A stretch of DNA of 64,000 nt from an uncultured Clostridia bacterium (GCA_934454525.1 CAKSFM010000003.1:35278-99277), one strand, 5' to 3'. Positions 18,025-29,584 are shown, counted from the stretch's first letter. The notes: a model not told the origin generated them from the sequence alone. Made by a program: numbers and translations.

Positions 18025-19143
18025 ATGAAGAAACTATTGCTGACCGTGCCGACATTTTTCGGAACGGAAGCAATCCTGGCGCATGAAATCCGTGCGCTCG
18101 GATATGAGATAACGGAAACAACCGACGGACGTGTGACTTTCGAAGGTGATGCCGAAGCAATCGCACTTGCAAACATTTGTCTTCGCTGCGGAGAACGCGT
18201 TCTTATAAAAATGGCTGAGTTTGACGCCGATACATTTGAAAATCTTTTTGAGGGAATCTGCGCCGTTGCGTGGGAGGATTTTATCCAGGCAGACTGCGCT
18301 TTCCCGGTAAAAGGAAGCTCGCTGAGAAGCACACTGTCAAGTGTGCCGGCTTGTCAGAGTATCATAAAAAAAGCAGTGGTAAAGCGCCTTTCCGCCAAAT
18401 ATGGCATTGAGCATTTTGAAGAAACCGGCCCCATGATGCGGATTCAGTTTGCACTGTTAAAAAACCGCGCAACTGTGTGGCTTGATACAACAGGCGATCC
18501 GTTATACAAGCGCGGATACCGTGCACACGGAGTTCTTGCCCCGATGCGTGAAACGCTGGCATTTTCTATGATTGATATAACACGCTGGCGAGGCGACCGT
18601 CCGTTTGCCGATCCGTTCTGCGGCAGCGGAACAATCCCGATTGAAGCGGCGCTTTATGCAAAAAACATTGCACCCGGACTTCACAGGAGCTTTATAAGTG
18701 AAAAATGGCGGATAATGCCGCCGCATATTTATGATGATATACGCGATGAGGTGCGTTCTTACGAAAACCGCGATTTGATTCCGCGGATTTATGCAAGCGA
18801 TATTGACCCGCGGGCAGTTGAGCTGTCAAAACAAAATGCAAAAAAGGCCGGTGTGCTTGATTATATTGAATTTTCGCAATGTGACATGAAGGACGCTCCG
18901 CTGTTTTCCGATAAAGGCGTTATTGTCTGCAATCCGCCGTACGGCGAGCGTCTTATGGATAAAAAGCAATGTGAATATCTGTACAGGCAGATGGGAGAAA
19001 AGTTTATGCGTTTTCCCAATGCAGGAAAATATATTCTTACCAGTCACGAGGAATTTGAAAAATTTTTCGGAAAGCCTGCCGACAAAAAGAGAAAATTATA
19101 CAACGGAATGTTAAAATGTTATCTGTATCAGTATTTTAAATAG
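18025..19143 (+). CDS. THUMP domain class I SAM-dependent RNA methyltransferase (COG0116 type)
   Basis: THUMP-like N-terminal half, SAM-binding DPFCGSGTI, and the catalytic CNPPYGERL motif. Confidence 0.85.
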   Translation: MKKLLLTVPTFFGTEAILAHEIRALGYEITETTDGRVTFEGDAEAIALANICLRCGERVLIKMAEFDADTFENLFEGICAVAWEDFIQADCAFPVKGSSLRSTLSSVPACQSIIKKAVVKRLSAKYGIEHFEETGPMMRIQFALLKNRATVWLDTTGDPLYKRGYRAHGVLAPMRETLAFSMIDITRWRGDRPFADPFCGSGTIPIEAALYAKNIAPGLHRSFISEKWRIMPPHIYDDIRDEVRSYENRDLIPRIYASDIDPRAVELSKQNAKKAGVLDYIEFSQCDMKDAPLFSDKGVIVCNPPYGERLMDKKQCEYLYRQMGEKFMRFPNAGKYILTSHEEFEKFFGKPADKKRKLYNGMLKCYLYQYFK

Positions 19144-19176
19144 ATTTTCGGCATACCTTTTAAAGGGGTGTTGAAA

Positions 19177-19398
19177 ATGAATTCCGACAATAAAAATGAA
19201 AAAAGAAAAAAACTGCTTATTTCCTTTATCTACAGATGCGTTATATGTGTTTGTATTTTCAGCGCTGCATTTGCGCTGCGCCGGTTCTCTACGAAAACAT
19301 GGAAAAAGGCAGAAAGCGCCGTCACGGCAAATATCGACACGAGCAAAACCGCACAATGCCTTAAAAGACTTTTAGAGGAGCTTTTTCCCATGCGATAA
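19177..19398 (+). CDS. Small hypothetical membrane protein
   Basis: 73 aa with one hydrophobic segment (LLISFIYRCVICVCIFSAAFAL). RBS GGGGTG lies 7 nt upstream of the ATG. No recognisable family. Confidence 0.4.
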   Translation: MNSDNKNEKRKKLLISFIYRCVICVCIFSAAFALRRFSTKTWKKAESAVTANIDTSKTAQCLKRLLEELFPMR

Positions 19399-19424
19399 GG
19401 CTGAGTGAAACAGGAGGATAAATA

Positions 19425-21272
19425 ATGATTGAAAATCTTGACCGCATTTTAAAGCGTGTTCAAAAGGCTTCGCGCTACTGCGGCGGAGAACTGAACAGTG
19501 TTGTGAAGGATCACAGTGCTGTGGATATTAAATATGCATTTGCTTTTCCCGACACTTATGAGGTCGGCATGAGCCACCTCGGAATAAAAATTCTTTACCA
19601 TATTCTGAACCTGCGCTCCGACACCTGCTGCGAGCGCGTTTATGCTCCGTGGATAGATATGGAGGAGGAAATGCGCCGTGAATCAGTTCCTCTGTTCACG
19701 GTTGAAAGCCAAACACCTGTAAAGGAATTTGACTTTCTTGGGGTTACGCTTCAGTACGAAATGTGTTACTCAAACATTCTTAATATGCTTGACCTTGCAG
19801 GTATACCGCTGCGCAGCTGCGACCGCGGTGAGGATGATCCGTTTGTGAACGGCGGCGGTCCGTGCGCCTACAATGCAGAGCCGATTGCGGATATATTCGA
19901 CTTTTTCACACTCGGAGAGGGCGAAGAAGTTATAGGCGAGCTTATGGACGCTTTTAAAGAATGGAAAAAAAGCGGCGGCAAACGAATAGATTATCTTAAA
20001 CGAATTGCTCAGATTGACGGAATTTACGTTCCGGCATTTTATGACATTGAATACAATGATGACAATACAATAAAAAGCATCACGCCCAACTGCCCGGAAG
20101 CCAAACCCAGAATCAGAAAACGGATTATCGAAAATCTTGACAGTGTTGTATACCCCGATAAGTTTATTGTTCCCTTTTCAGATATTATTCACGACCGTGC
20201 AAGCATTGAGGTTTTCCGCGGCTGTATCCGCGGCTGCCGATTTTGCCAGGCAGGCATGATTTACCGCCCCGTACGCGAAAAAACCGCTGACACACTTGTA
20301 AATGACGCCTGCGCACTCATTCATTCAACAGGTTATGAAGAAATGGGACTTGCAAGCCTTTCAACAAGTGATTACACAGAGCTTCCGGACCTTGCGGACA
20401 AGCTTTTGGCGCTGACCGAAAAGGAAAAGGTGAGCCTTTCCCTGCCGTCTCTTCGTGTTGATAATTTCAGTCTTGACCTTATGCAAAAGGTTCAGAAAGT
20501 CAGAAAAAGCGGACTTACATTTGCGCCGGAGGCAGGCAGCCAGCGTATGCGTGATGTTATCAACAAGAACGTTAAAGAAAGCGATCTTATAAAATCGGCA
20601 ACACTTGCCTTTGAAGGCGGCTGGAATACAATTAAGCTTTATTTCATGATAGGGTTGCCGTACGAAACATTTGAAGATATTGCAGGCATTGCCGCCCTTG
20701 CCGAAAAGGTTGTGGAGTGTTTTTATAATTCGGATAAGGTGAACCGCCGCCGGCCGCCGTCTGTTCATATAAGCGTCGCAAGCTTTGTCCCGAAGCCGTT
20801 CACGCCGTTTCAGTGGGCAAAGCAGAACAGCATTGAGGAGCTTTCCGAAAAACAGCTGTTCTTAAAAAATCAAATCAGAAACAGGCATATTAAGTACAGT
20901 TATCATCAAAGCGACGTCAGTGTGCTTGAAGGAGTTTTTGCACGCGGCGACAGACGGCTGTGCGATGTTTTGATTCGCGCACATGAGCTTGGCTGCAAAC
21001 TTGACGGTTGGAATGAATGTTTTCGCCTTGATTTGTGGCAGCAGGCATTTGCCGACTGCGGAATCGACCCCGGATTCTATACGCGTGAGCGCAGCCATGA
21101 CGAAATTCTGCCGTGGGATATGATTGACATTGGCGTTACAAAGAAATTTCTTATAAATGAAGATAATAAAGCAAAGAAAGCCGCAACAACCCCAAACTGC
21201 CGCGAAAAATGCAGCGGCTGCGGTGCAGCGGCGCTTTGCAAAACAAAAGAAAGGTGCGTTTGCTTTGAGTGA
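19425..21272 (+). CDS. B12-binding-domain radical SAM protein (TIGR03960-like)
   Basis: Contains the CIRGCRFCQAG radical-SAM cysteine triad. Its size and its adjacency to a DUF2344-type partner are typical of this family. Confidence 0.8.
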   Translation: MIENLDRILKRVQKASRYCGGELNSVVKDHSAVDIKYAFAFPDTYEVGMSHLGIKILYHILNLRSDTCCERVYAPWIDMEEEMRRESVPLFTVESQTPVKEFDFLGVTLQYEMCYSNILNMLDLAGIPLRSCDRGEDDPFVNGGGPCAYNAEPIADIFDFFTLGEGEEVIGELMDAFKEWKKSGGKRIDYLKRIAQIDGIYVPAFYDIEYNDDNTIKSITPNCPEAKPRIRKRIIENLDSVVYPDKFIVPFSDIIHDRASIEVFRGCIRGCRFCQAGMIYRPVREKTADTLVNDACALIHSTGYEEMGLASLSTSDYTELPDLADKLLALTEKEKVSLSLPSLRVDNFSLDLMQKVQKVRKSGLTFAPEAGSQRMRDVINKNVKESDLIKSATLAFEGGWNTIKLYFMIGLPYETFEDIAGIAALAEKVVECFYNSDKVNRRRPPSVHISVASFVPKPFTPFQWAKQNSIEELSEKQLFLKNQIRNRHIKYSYHQSDVSVLEGVFARGDRRLCDVLIRAHELGCKLDGWNECFRLDLWQQAFADCGIDPGFYTRERSHDEILPWDMIDIGVTKKFLINEDNKAKKAATTPNCREKCSGCGAAALCKTKERCVCFE

Positions 21273-21894
21273 CTACTATCTGATATATGAACGTGATAAC
21301 CGCGTTAAATACGTTTCCCATCTTGATTTCGTGCGTATGTTCGGGCGCGCAATGCGCCGCGCGGAGCTTCCGATGGCTTTTTCCGAGGGATTTAACCCCC
21401 ATCCGCTGATGACATTCGCACTTCCGCTCCCTGTCGGATATACAAGCAAATGCGAACTGCTTGAATTTTCCCTTGCCGAAAGCCGCAGCACAGATGAAAT
21501 AAAAAGCCTCCTGAATGGAGTTTTACCCTGCGGAGTGAACGTTTCTGAAATCCACGAGGGAAAAAGCCGGATGAAGAAGCTTGACAATGCACTTTATTCG
21601 GTTACACCCGAAAATATGCCGGAAGATATTTCGGACTTCATTTTCAGAAAAGAGATAATTATCGAAAAAAAGACAAAGAGCGGAATCAAGGAAACTGATA
21701 TCCGCCCCGATATTAAAAGCATAAAAAGCTCCGGTGAATCTTTTGAAATGATTCTCTCATCAGGCAGCCGCGCAAACCTCAAACCTGAGATTGTTATCAA
21801 TGCAATGAACCGATATATTGACGGATATTCATCCGGCGACTGCGAATACTGCCGCCTTGCAATTTATGACAGTGATATGGAGGAAATCAAATAA
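21265..21894 (+). CDS. Radical-SAM-associated protein (TIGR03936/DUF2344-like)
   Basis: KYVSHLDFVRMFGRAMRRAELPMAFSEGFNPHP is the family signature. A TTG start overlapping the upstream stop was chosen; the longer ATG ORF (21157) overlaps 116 nt of the previous gene. Confidence 0.75.
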   Translation: MSDYYLIYERDNRVKYVSHLDFVRMFGRAMRRAELPMAFSEGFNPHPLMTFALPLPVGYTSKCELLEFSLAESRSTDEIKSLLNGVLPCGVNVSEIHEGKSRMKKLDNALYSVTPENMPEDISDFIFRKEIIIEKKTKSGIKETDIRPDIKSIKSSGESFEMILSSGSRANLKPEIVINAMNRYIDGYSSGDCEYCRLAIYDSDMEEIK

Positions 21895-22852
21895 TTTCGT
21901 ACGACTCAGCAGAGCTGTCGGATATGACATTGAATGTGATGCCGCGTGATTTAAAATAATCGGCATTGCATTTTTTGTTGCCGTTTATTTTTGATACAAG
22001 GCGCGGATTCGCGCGGATAACAATTTCTTTTTTTCCGCCGGTCCGCGCGATTATTTGATTCCTTATAACGCGGCTTATGACGAGTTCTCCGAATGCCGGA
22101 TGGTACGGACCGTCTGTCATGGTGCGCTTAAGCTTTTCGCTGTCCGGAAGTCCGATGCGGAGGATTTGAATGTCCTTTTCCTTAAAGAACTCATACAGGC
22201 GCGCACAGATTTCAACCGCCTGTTCAAGGCTTTGCGCGCGGTAATTACCCTCTCTGCGCATTTCATCAAGCTTTGTTCCCGAGATTACGATTGTCGGATA
22301 TATTCTTGTTTCACTTGCCCCGAGTTCAAAGAATTTCCGTGCCGTGAACATATCTGCTTCATCGCTGTCAAACGGCAGTCCCGTCATCATCTGCAAACCG
22401 AGAACAGCGCCCTCTTTCAGTATAATCTCCGATGCGCACATAACATCTGCCGCGCTGTGACCGCGGTTTGCGGCTTTAAGAACGCGGTCGTCCATGGACT
22501 GAGCGCCAAGCTCAATATTTTTTACACCGTAGGACAGAAGCCTTTTAACAGTGTCTGAGCTGATATAATCAGGGCGCGTTGAAAGGCGAATACTGCCCAC
22601 GCTCCCCTTTTTTATATATTCCTCCGCCAATGCAAGATATTCATTTTGCCTTTCTTCGGCAATTCCGGTAAAGCTGCCGCCGAAAAAAGCAATCTGATCT
22701 GCATAGCCGTCCATTGTGGCAAGATGGCTTTCGATTATTTGCTCAGCTTCATTTATTGTCGGCGCTGCCGCACTTCCGCTTATCGTTCTCTGATCGCAGA
22801 ACACACAGCTGTTTCCACACCCCTCATGCGGCACAAATATCGGTATTATCAA
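21887..22852 (-). CDS. ELP3-like radical SAM protein
   Basis: N-terminal FVPHEGCGNSCVFCDQ (CxxxCxxC-type cluster) with TIM-barrel-like radical SAM body motifs. Confidence 0.75.
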   Translation of the reverse strand: MIIPIFVPHEGCGNSCVFCDQRTISGSAAAPTINEAEQIIESHLATMDGYADQIAFFGGSFTGIAEERQNEYLALAEEYIKKGSVGSIRLSTRPDYISSDTVKRLLSYGVKNIELGAQSMDDRVLKAANRGHSAADVMCASEIILKEGAVLGLQMMTGLPFDSDEADMFTARKFFELGASETRIYPTIVISGTKLDEMRREGNYRAQSLEQAVEICARLYEFFKEKDIQILRIGLPDSEKLKRTMTDGPYHPAFGELVISRVIRNQIIARTGGKKEIVIRANPRLVSKINGNKKCNADYFKSRGITFNVISDSSAESYEII

Positions 22853-22862
22853 TTAAATCAAC

Positions 22863-23219
22863 TCATTTCCTGAGCGGAATCATAACCCCGTCAAGCGTTA
22901 TTCCGCAAATATCACCGCCGATAACGCGGTTTTCGTAAACAAGAATATTTGCACGCGCGTTCAGTGACGGAATAAGATATGTATAGCGCGTACAAGTTTT
23001 GCCTTTATACGGTTCGAGATCAAAACCGCCCTCGCGCTGAAGTTCATTATATTTTTTATAAACATCGTTAAATTTCTCCGGGATAACAATTGTTTCGGTT
23101 TCCGACGGTTCGGATTCGGCATCGTAACCCATGCCTTTAACAATTTCCGAGTAACACGGAGCTGTGCCGCAGCCTGCAAGAATTATAATCACGATTACCC
23201 CGGCAATAATTTTTCTCAT
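22863..23219 (-). CDS. DUF4830-like lipoprotein
   Basis: Lipobox ILAGCG after a signal peptide. IPEKFNDVYKKYNELQREGGFDLEPYKGK resembles the DUF4830 core (family assigned from memory). Confidence 0.6.
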   Translation of the reverse strand: MRKIIAGVIVIIILAGCGTAPCYSEIVKGMGYDAESEPSETETIVIPEKFNDVYKKYNELQREGGFDLEPYKGKTCTRYTYLIPSLNARANILVYENRVIGGDICGITLDGVMIPLRK

Positions 23220-23268
23220 TAAAACACCCCTTCAAAATATACTCTGAAGGGGCGTTTAATATTCTCAA

Positions 23269-23520
23269 TTATTCTGCTGAGAAAGGAAGAAGTGCAATCT
23301 GGCGCGCACGCTTTATAGCGACAGTGAGCTGACGCTGATGCTTTGCGCATGTGCCTGTGATTCTTCTGGGAAGAATCTTGGCGCGCTCCGAAACATAACG
23401 GCGGAGCTTTGCAACATCCTTATAGTCAATTTCCGTAACCTTATCAACGCAGAACTGGCAAACTTTTCTCTTTGCCTTGCGTGATCTGTAAGGTCTTTCG
23501 GTCTTTTCCTTTTCCATCAT
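23269..23520 (-). CDS. rpsR: 30S ribosomal protein S18
   Basis: [45 protein letters not shown] is canonical S18. Confidence 0.97.
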   Translation of the reverse strand: MMEKEKTERPYRSRKAKRKVCQFCVDKVTEIDYKDVAKLRRYVSERAKILPRRITGTCAKHQRQLTVAIKRARQIALLPFSAE

Positions 23521-23538
23521 GGCTGTAACCTCCCTTGA

Positions 23539-23967
23539 TTAAAATGGTAAATCGTCATCTGTTCCCATAGGAGAAATCGGATCCGGAAGCGAGCCGTAAT
23601 CACCGCCGCCAAAGCTTTCGCCTGCGCCGGCAGACTGCTGCGCATCCTTTTTACTTTCAACGAAATACGTCTGATTAACGATAACCTCAGTCGCATATCT
23701 TTTTTTACCGTCCTGATCATCCCAGCTGCGCGTCTGAATACTTCCCTCAACTGCAACAAGGTTACCCTTGTGGAAATATCTGGAAATAAATTCAGCCGTG
23801 GTTCTCCATGCAACGCAGTTGATGAAATCTGCTTTGCGCTCCTCGCCCTGGCGGACAAAATTGCGGTCAACGGCAAGCGTAAAAGAACAGGTGCTCACTC
23901 CCTGCGGAGTGCTGCGAAGCTCGGGATCTCTTGTAAATCTCCCAATCAGTATTGCTTTGTTAAGCAT
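23539..23967 (-). CDS. ssb: Single-stranded DNA-binding protein
   Basis: MLNKAILIGRFTRDPELR... OB fold and an acidic C-terminal tail ending DDDLPF. Confidence 0.97.
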   Translation of the reverse strand: MLNKAILIGRFTRDPELRSTPQGVSTCSFTLAVDRNFVRQGEERKADFINCVAWRTTAEFISRYFHKGNLVAVEGSIQTRSWDDQDGKKRYATEVIVNQTYFVESKKDAQQSAGAGESFGGGDYGSLPDPISPMGTDDDLPF

Positions 23968-23983
23968 GCTTAAAACCTCCCCA

Positions 23984-24280
23984 TTACGCTTCCTTGCGAA
24001 CGGTAAGTGTACGAATCACGCCATCAGTAATGCCGTAAATTCTCTCAAGCTCCTTGGGAAATTCGGGAGCTGATGTGAAGTTCACAAGAACATAGTAACC
24101 CTCATTCTTGAAGTCGATCGGGTAAGCGAGCTTTCTCTTTCCCCAAACGTCAACACTTTCAACAGTGCCGTTCTCAGCGATGAGAGCCTTGAACTTCTCT
24201 GTAAGAGCGTTCGTTTTTTCCTCATCAAGCGCTGCGTCAAGAACGAAAATGGTTTCATACTTGTTAATGATTTCAGCCAT
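23984..24280 (-). CDS. rpsF: 30S ribosomal protein S6
   Basis: MAEIINKYETIFVLD... after AGAAGGAGGTG. The gene order is the canonical rpsF-ssb-rpsR. Confidence 0.95.
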   Translation of the reverse strand: MAEIINKYETIFVLDAALDEEKTNALTEKFKALIAENGTVESVDVWGKRKLAYPIDFKNEGYYVLVNFTSAPEFPKELERIYGITDGVIRTLTVRKEA

Positions 24281-24397
24281 TTCTCTACACCTCCTTCTGG
24301 ACTCTGGCCCCGCTTTGGCGGAGCAAGGAATGCATTTATTCAAATGCTTTTATATTATATATCTTTTTTTTGGCAAAGTCAAGCATTTTTTCATATT

Positions 24398-25324
24398 TTA
24401 TTCATCAAATAGTGCCGCTGCAAAATCATCGGCATTGAACATCTGCAAATCATCGATTCCCTCGCCCACACCGATAAATTTAACGGGAATTCCGAGCTTC
24501 TGACAGATGTTTACCACAATGCCGCCCTTTGCAGTGCCGTCAAGTTTCGTAAGCACAATTCCCGTTACTCCGGCAGCCTTGTTAAACTCTTCTGCCTGGT
24601 TCACGGCGTTCTGCCCGGTTGTTGCATCCAGAACAAGCAAAACTTCTTTCTGCGCCTGAGGAAGTTCGCGCTCAATAACCCGGTAAATCTTTTTAAGCTC
24701 TTCCATCAGATTTTTCTTGTTATGAAGTCTGCCTGCCGTGTCGCAGATAAGCACATCCGCGTTTCTGCTTTTTGCCGCATTGCAGCCATCGAATATAACT
24801 GCCGCAGGGTCAGCGCCCTCCGTCAGCCTGACAATCGGAACATCGTTGCGCTCTGCCCATATTTCAAGCTGATCCGCCGCTGCCGCGCGAAACGTGTCCG
24901 CAGCAGCAAGAACAACTCTTTTTCCCTCGTTTTTCAGCTTGTTCGTAATTTTACCGATTGTTGTTGTTTTTCCGACGCCGTTTACACCGATTACAAGAAT
25001 AACCGCCGGCTTTGTTTCAAGATGCAGTGTGCTGTCCGCGCCTGACATGATTTCCGAAATTATAGCGCGAAGCTCTTTTTTTGCTGTCTCGCCGTCATTT
25101 ATATGTTTTTCGCGGACACGCTCACGCAAGCGGTCAACAATTTCCGCCGATGTGACACCGCCGATATCTGCCATAATCAACGCTTCTTCAAGCTCATCGT
25201 ACAAATCATCGTCAAGCTTTTTAAAAACGCTGAACACATTATCAATCTTTTCATTAAAGGAATCACGCGTTTTTCCGAGTCCTGCCTTAAGGCGCGCGAA
25301 AAGTCCTTTCTTTTCCTCTGCCAT
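24398..25324 (-). CDS. ftsY: Signal recognition particle receptor FtsY
   Basis: GVNGVGKTTTIGK P-loop, plus DTAGR and TKLDGTAKGG SRP-GTPase motifs. Confidence 0.97.
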   Translation of the reverse strand: MAEEKKGLFARLKAGLGKTRDSFNEKIDNVFSVFKKLDDDLYDELEEALIMADIGGVTSAEIVDRLRERVREKHINDGETAKKELRAIISEIMSGADSTLHLETKPAVILVIGVNGVGKTTTIGKITNKLKNEGKRVVLAAADTFRAAAADQLEIWAERNDVPIVRLTEGADPAAVIFDGCNAAKSRNADVLICDTAGRLHNKKNLMEELKKIYRVIERELPQAQKEVLLVLDATTGQNAVNQAEEFNKAAGVTGIVLTKLDGTAKGGIVVNICQKLGIPVKFIGVGEGIDDLQMFNADDFAAALFDE

Positions 25325-25340
25325 GATATTTTACCTCCGT

Positions 25341-28300
25341 CTATTCTTCAAGTGCAACGTCCTCAAGCTTCATTGAAAGCAGCCTGCTCACGCCGCGTTC
25401 CTGCATTGTAACGCCGTAAAGCACGTCGGCAGCCTCCATTGTGCCGCGCCTGTGCGTTATAACAACGAACTGCGTTGAATTTCCGTAATTTCTGATATAG
25501 TCACCGAAACGGTAAACATTTTCATCATCAAGCGCAGCCTCAATCTCGTCAAGCACCAGAAACGGCGCCGGCGAAACCTGCAGCAGTGCGAACAAAAGTG
25601 CAATAGCCGTCAGCGCATGCTCTCCGCCCGAAAGCAGCGTCAGATTCTGAAGCTTTTTGCCCGGCGGCTGCACCTCGATTTCAATCGGGCTTTCAAGTGT
25701 GTCTATCGGGTCAACAAGGCGCACCTCCGCCTTGCCGCCGCCGAACAGATCAACAAAGCTCTTTCCGAAATTTCTGTTAATTATAACAAACTTCTCTGCA
25801 AACTGCTCACGCATTATGTTCATCATTTCTCCGATAAGCTTCTGCAAATCAGCCTTTGCCTTTTCCATATCGCTGACCTGCGAACCGAGAAATTCGTACC
25901 GTTCCTTTACATCCTTATATTCTTCGATAGCGTCAACATTTATGTTACCGAGCGCTTTAATCGCACTTTTAAGCTCCGAAATGCGCTTCTGCGCCGCAGG
26001 AAGTGACCCAATGTCCTTTTTAAGCTCCATTGCGCTGTTATATGTCAGCTCATAATCATCCCAAAGGCGGCTTGCCGCATTTTCAAGGTCTTCATCGATC
26101 TTATTCTTTTTTGATTCAATCCTCACAACCTCGCTTTGGAGAACGAGGATTTTATCATTCATTTCCTTTATCTGCACACGCAGCGCTTCAAGCTCGCTGT
26201 CACTTCCGCTTCTGCCGGAAAGATACGCCTGAATTTCATCACGCACGGATTGCACAGCTGCACTGCACTGTGCCGCGCGCATATTATTCTGCTCAATTTG
26301 CGTATTAAGACCGGCAATTGCGTTTTCTTCATCCGTTATCTGTGATTTTCTTTCGTCAAAATCGCTCTTTGAATTAAGTATGCTCTGCATCACGGATTCA
26401 ATACGCTGCTGTGCAAGCTCCGTGTCCTTGCGCGCATTGTTTATCTGCATTTTCTTATCTATTATTTTAACGGAAAGCTCCTCGCGCTTCACAACAACCC
26501 CGCGCACCGCATTTTGCCTTTCGGAAATCAGCTCCTCGGCGCGTTCTATAAGCTCGTCCGACCCCTCGATAACCTCGCGCAGCTTGCGCTTTGATTCGTC
26601 CGTGTCGGTCTGCTGCCCCGAAATCTGTTCCTTTTCCTTTGAAAATTTGTCAAGGCGGTCCTGTGCCATTTTCAGCAGGCTTTCCTTCATTTCATGCTCT
26701 GCTTTAAGCTTATGTTCATCGTTTTCGCAGCGCGAAAGCTCTGCACGGAGCTTATTCTCAGCATCACGCAGTTCTGCAAGCCTTTCTGTGAGCGAATCGA
26801 TTTCCGAATCTATTTTTTCCGATTCGCGGTTAAGCTCATCGCACTGCTTTGCGAGCAGCTCAATTTCATCCTTTCTGCCCAGAAGCGCCTGCGCACGGTT
26901 CGCGCTTCCGCCAGTAACGCTTCCGCCCGGCTGCAAAAGCTCTCCGCCGAGTGTTACGATTTTAAATTTATAATGAGTTGCGCGTGCAAGGGCGATTGCA
27001 TTGTCCATGTTATCCATTATCACGGTTCTGCCCAAAAGGGCGTCGACAACATTGCGGATTTTATCATCAGCCGAAACAACATCGCAGGCAACTGCAACCG
27101 CGCCGCGGTTTTTCATTATGCGCTCCTCGTTGTCGAGCCGCCGCCCCTCCTGCGAGGTTATGGGCAAAAACGTCACTCTGCCCAGGCGTTTTTCCTTAAG
27201 GTATTCAATCGCCTGCTTTGCGTCCTCCTCAGTATCTACAACAATATTTTGCATTGCGTTTCCGAGAGCCGTTTCAATAGCCGTTATATATTTTTTATCT
27301 GTGGAAACAAGCTTGCTGAGAACACCGACAAGCCTTCCGCGGTATTTTCCTTCGCTCTCCGCTTTGAGAAGCTCACGCACACCGCGCGCATAGCCTTCAA
27401 GACCGCGCTCCATTTCAACAAGCATTTTGCGCCGCCCCTGTTTTTCGCCGTAAGCCGAGGAAATTTCATTATACTTATTTTTCAGTTCGGATATCTTTTG
27501 ACTGTCCGTCTGCTGGTCGCGGCGTACATTGAAAACATCGTCCTCCGCTTTCTGCGTTTTAATTTGCGCGTCGGCGCATTTTTCATCAAGCGCTGAAAGT
27601 TCAGCCGTCAGCGTTCTTATATCGTCGGCTGCCGAAGCAATGTCAACCTCAACCGAGAATCGGCGCGTTTCGATATTTCTTGTTACAAGCTCAATGCTTT
27701 CAATTCTGCTCTGCGCTTCCGCTTTTTTCTGGCGGAGAGAGATTGCGTTTTCGCGAGCTTCCTCGAGCAATTTGTTTTTCGCGGCAAGCTCTCCCGAAAG
27801 CGCGCGGTCTTCACCCTCCAAGGCGGCAAGCTCTGACTCCATGTCATTGCATTTTATGGAGAATCCGACTTTTTCCTGCTCAATTTTCTTTTTTGTCTCA
27901 CGCAGTACGTCCTCGCGCTTTGACCATCCGGAAAGCTCCCCCTCAATGCGGACAATGTTCGTCTTGTGATTTTCGATATTGTTTTCGAGCAGGGCGCGCT
28001 CATTATCAATTGCCGCACCCTCACCCTCCAGTCTTGAAAGGCGCTGCCGTTTTTCCTCAATTTCTCCGTCTGTTTCCTTGATGGCAGCATACAGTTCATC
28101 GCTTTTTTTATTGCTCTCATCCAGAGCTTGTTTTGCATTTTCAAATTCCGCGGCAGCATCGGTATAAATCTGCCCCGTTTTCTTTGCGTCCGCTCTTTTT
28201 GCGTCAATAATTTCAAGCAGGGCGCTTATTTCAATTCCTTTAAGCTCCTCCCTCAAATCAAGGAATTTAATTGCCTTTTCACTCTGCTTCCGGAGCGGTT

Positions 28301-28907
28301 CAACACGGTCGGTAAGCTCCGAGAGAATATCACGCACACGCGTGAGGTTGTCCTCAGTGTGCGCAAGTTTACGCTCCGCCTCGTTTTTCCTATAGCGATA
28401 TTTCGAAATTCCGGCGGCTTCCTCGAAAATCTGGCGGCGCTCGTCACCCTTGGACGAAACGATTTCCGCAATTTTTCCCTGACCGACAATAGAATAGCCG
28501 TCTCTTCCCAGACCGGTATCCATAAACATTTCGTTAATATCTTTAAGTCTGCACGGGGTGCGGTTTATCAGATACTCACTTTCACCGCTGCGGAAAACGC
28601 GCCTTGTTACTTCAACCTCGTTGTAATCGCACGCAAGAAAATGCGTTGAATTATCAAGCACAAGAGAAACCTCCGCATAGCCGAGCGGCTTGCGTTTCTG
28701 CGTTCCAGCAAAGATAACATCCTCCATTTTACCTCCGCGCAGCGTTTTCGCGCTCTGCTCACCCATAACCCAGCGGATCGCGTCCGATATATTGCTTTTT
28801 CCGCTGCCGTTCGGTCCGACAATTGCCGTGACCCCCTGGTGAACCTCAATAACCGTCTTATCGGCAAATGATTTAAACCCCTGCAGCACAATCCTTTTCA
28901 GGTACAT
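25341..28907 (-). CDS. smc: Chromosome segregation protein SMC
   Basis: N-terminal Walker [11 protein letters not shown], long coiled coils, hinge region, and C-terminal LSGGE signature and Walker [12 protein letters not shown]. Start at [14 protein letters not shown]. Confidence 0.97.
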   Translation of the reverse strand: MYLKRIVLQGFKSFADKTVIEVHQGVTAIVGPNGSGKSNISDAIRWVMGEQSAKTLRGGKMEDVIFAGTQKRKPLGYAEVSLVLDNSTHFLACDYNEVEVTRRVFRSGESEYLINRTPCRLKDINEMFMDTGLGRDGYSIVGQGKIAEIVSSKGDERRQIFEEAAGISKYRYRKNEAERKLAHTEDNLTRVRDILSELTDRVEPLRKQSEKAIKFLDLREELKGIEISALLEIIDAKRADAKKTGQIYTDAAAEFENAKQALDESNKKSDELYAAIKETDGEIEEKRQRLSRLEGEGAAIDNERALLENNIENHKTNIVRIEGELSGWSKREDVLRETKKKIEQEKVGFSIKCNDMESELAALEGEDRALSGELAAKNKLLEEARENAISLRQKKAEAQSRIESIELVTRNIETRRFSVEVDIASAADDIRTLTAELSALDEKCADAQIKTQKAEDDVFNVRRDQQTDSQKISELKNKYNEISSAYGEKQGRRKMLVEMERGLEGYARGVRELLKAESEGKYRGRLVGVLSKLVSTDKKYITAIETALGNAMQNIVVDTEEDAKQAIEYLKEKRLGRVTFLPITSQEGRRLDNEERIMKNRGAVAVACDVVSADDKIRNVVDALLGRTVIMDNMDNAIALARATHYKFKIVTLGGELLQPGGSVTGGSANRAQALLGRKDEIELLAKQCDELNRESEKIDSEIDSLTERLAELRDAENKLRAELSRCENDEHKLKAEHEMKESLLKMAQDRLDKFSKEKEQISGQQTDTDESKRKLREVIEGSDELIERAEELISERQNAVRGVVVKREELSVKIIDKKMQINNARKDTELAQQRIESVMQSILNSKSDFDERKSQITDEENAIAGLNTQIEQNNMRAAQCSAAVQSVRDEIQAYLSGRSGSDSELEALRVQIKEMNDKILVLQSEVVRIESKKNKIDEDLENAASRLWDDYELTYNSAMELKKDIGSLPAAQKRISELKSAIKALGNINVDAIEEYKDVKERYEFLGSQVSDMEKAKADLQKLIGEMMNIMREQFAEKFVIINRNFGKSFVDLFGGGKAEVRLVDPIDTLESPIEIEVQPPGKKLQNLTLLSGGEHALTAIALLFALLQVSPAPFLVLDEIEAALDDENVYRFGDYIRNYGNSTQFVVITHRRGTMEAADVLYGVTMQERGVSRLLSMKLEDVALEE

Positions 28908-29044
28908 TTTTTCACCGTCTTTTCGTCTGAGCCGCGCATTATACTCCATGCGGCTCTTTTTTCACAATATTATAAATTGTATCATATTTCTGAAAAGATT
29001 GCAACCGTTCTTTTTAAAAAAACGCTCTGCCTAATGTACATATA

Positions 29045-29584
29045 ATGCTGAAGATAAGTGAGGTAAAAGCAACAGAACCTGAAAGCTTCGGAAATGAGCT
29101 TCAGGAAAAGGTTTATTCGTTTTTAAAAGAATATTCCGTCAGTTACGAGCGCGTTGACACCGAGGAAGCAATCACAATGGAGGATTGCGCCGATATCAAC
29201 GCTGCGCTTAACATGGAAACAGTCAAAACACTGTTTTTATGCAATCGGCAGCAGACAGATTTTTACCTTTTTATAACAAAAGGAGACAAACTGTTCCGTT
29301 CAAAGAATTTCAGCAGCGCGCTCGGAATCTCACGCGTGTCGTTTGCTCCGGCAGAGCTTATGAAAAAAATGATCGGAACAAAGGTGGGCGCGGCAACGGT
29401 TTTCGGTTGTATTCTTGACATCGAGAACAGGGTCAGCGTTGTGTTCGACAAAGAAATTTTGTCGGATGAGTACTACGGATGCAGCGACGGAACGACAGCC
29501 GGTTACATGAAGCTGCGCACGGATGACATTTTGCACAAGCTTTTACCCTATGCCAAGCATGAACTGAAAGTTATCGAGGTGTGA
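29045..29584 (+). CDS. YbaK/ProX-type aminoacyl-tRNA editing domain protein
   Basis: About 180 aa. KTLFLCNRQQTDFYLFI...GTKVGAATVFG matches the prolyl-tRNA synthetase-associated editing-domain family. Confidence 0.7.
   Translation: MLKISEVKATEPESFGNELQEKVYSFLKEYSVSYERVDTEEAITMEDCADINAALNMETVKTLFLCNRQQTDFYLFITKGDKLFRSKNFSSALGISRVSFAPAELMKKMIGTKVGAATVFGCILDIENRVSVVFDKEILSDEYYGCSDGTTAGYMKLRTDDILHKLLPYAKHELKVIEV

Noticed and set aside
21157-21264. A 116-nt overlap between the two radical-SAM-system genes if the ATG at 21157 is used.
   Set aside because: The overlapping N-terminal extension is low-complexity (KPQQPQTAAKNAAAAVQRRFAKQKK). Family homology starts at about LSDYYLIY, so a TTG start at 21265 coupled to the upstream stop is more plausible.
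24894-25411. 160-aa and 102-aa plus-strand ORFs overlapping ftsY.
   Set aside because: They are shadow ORFs of ftsY, serine-rich and low-complexity, with no independent signals.
25617-28649. Many long plus-strand ORFs (up to 300 aa, e.g. 26694..27596 and 26380..26973) antisense to smc.
   Set aside because: They lie entirely inside a well-supported 1,188-aa SMC gene. Their translations are low-complexity (S/R/F/L-rich) with no RBS or motifs. This is the typical shadow of coiled-coil E/K/L/A-rich coding sequence.
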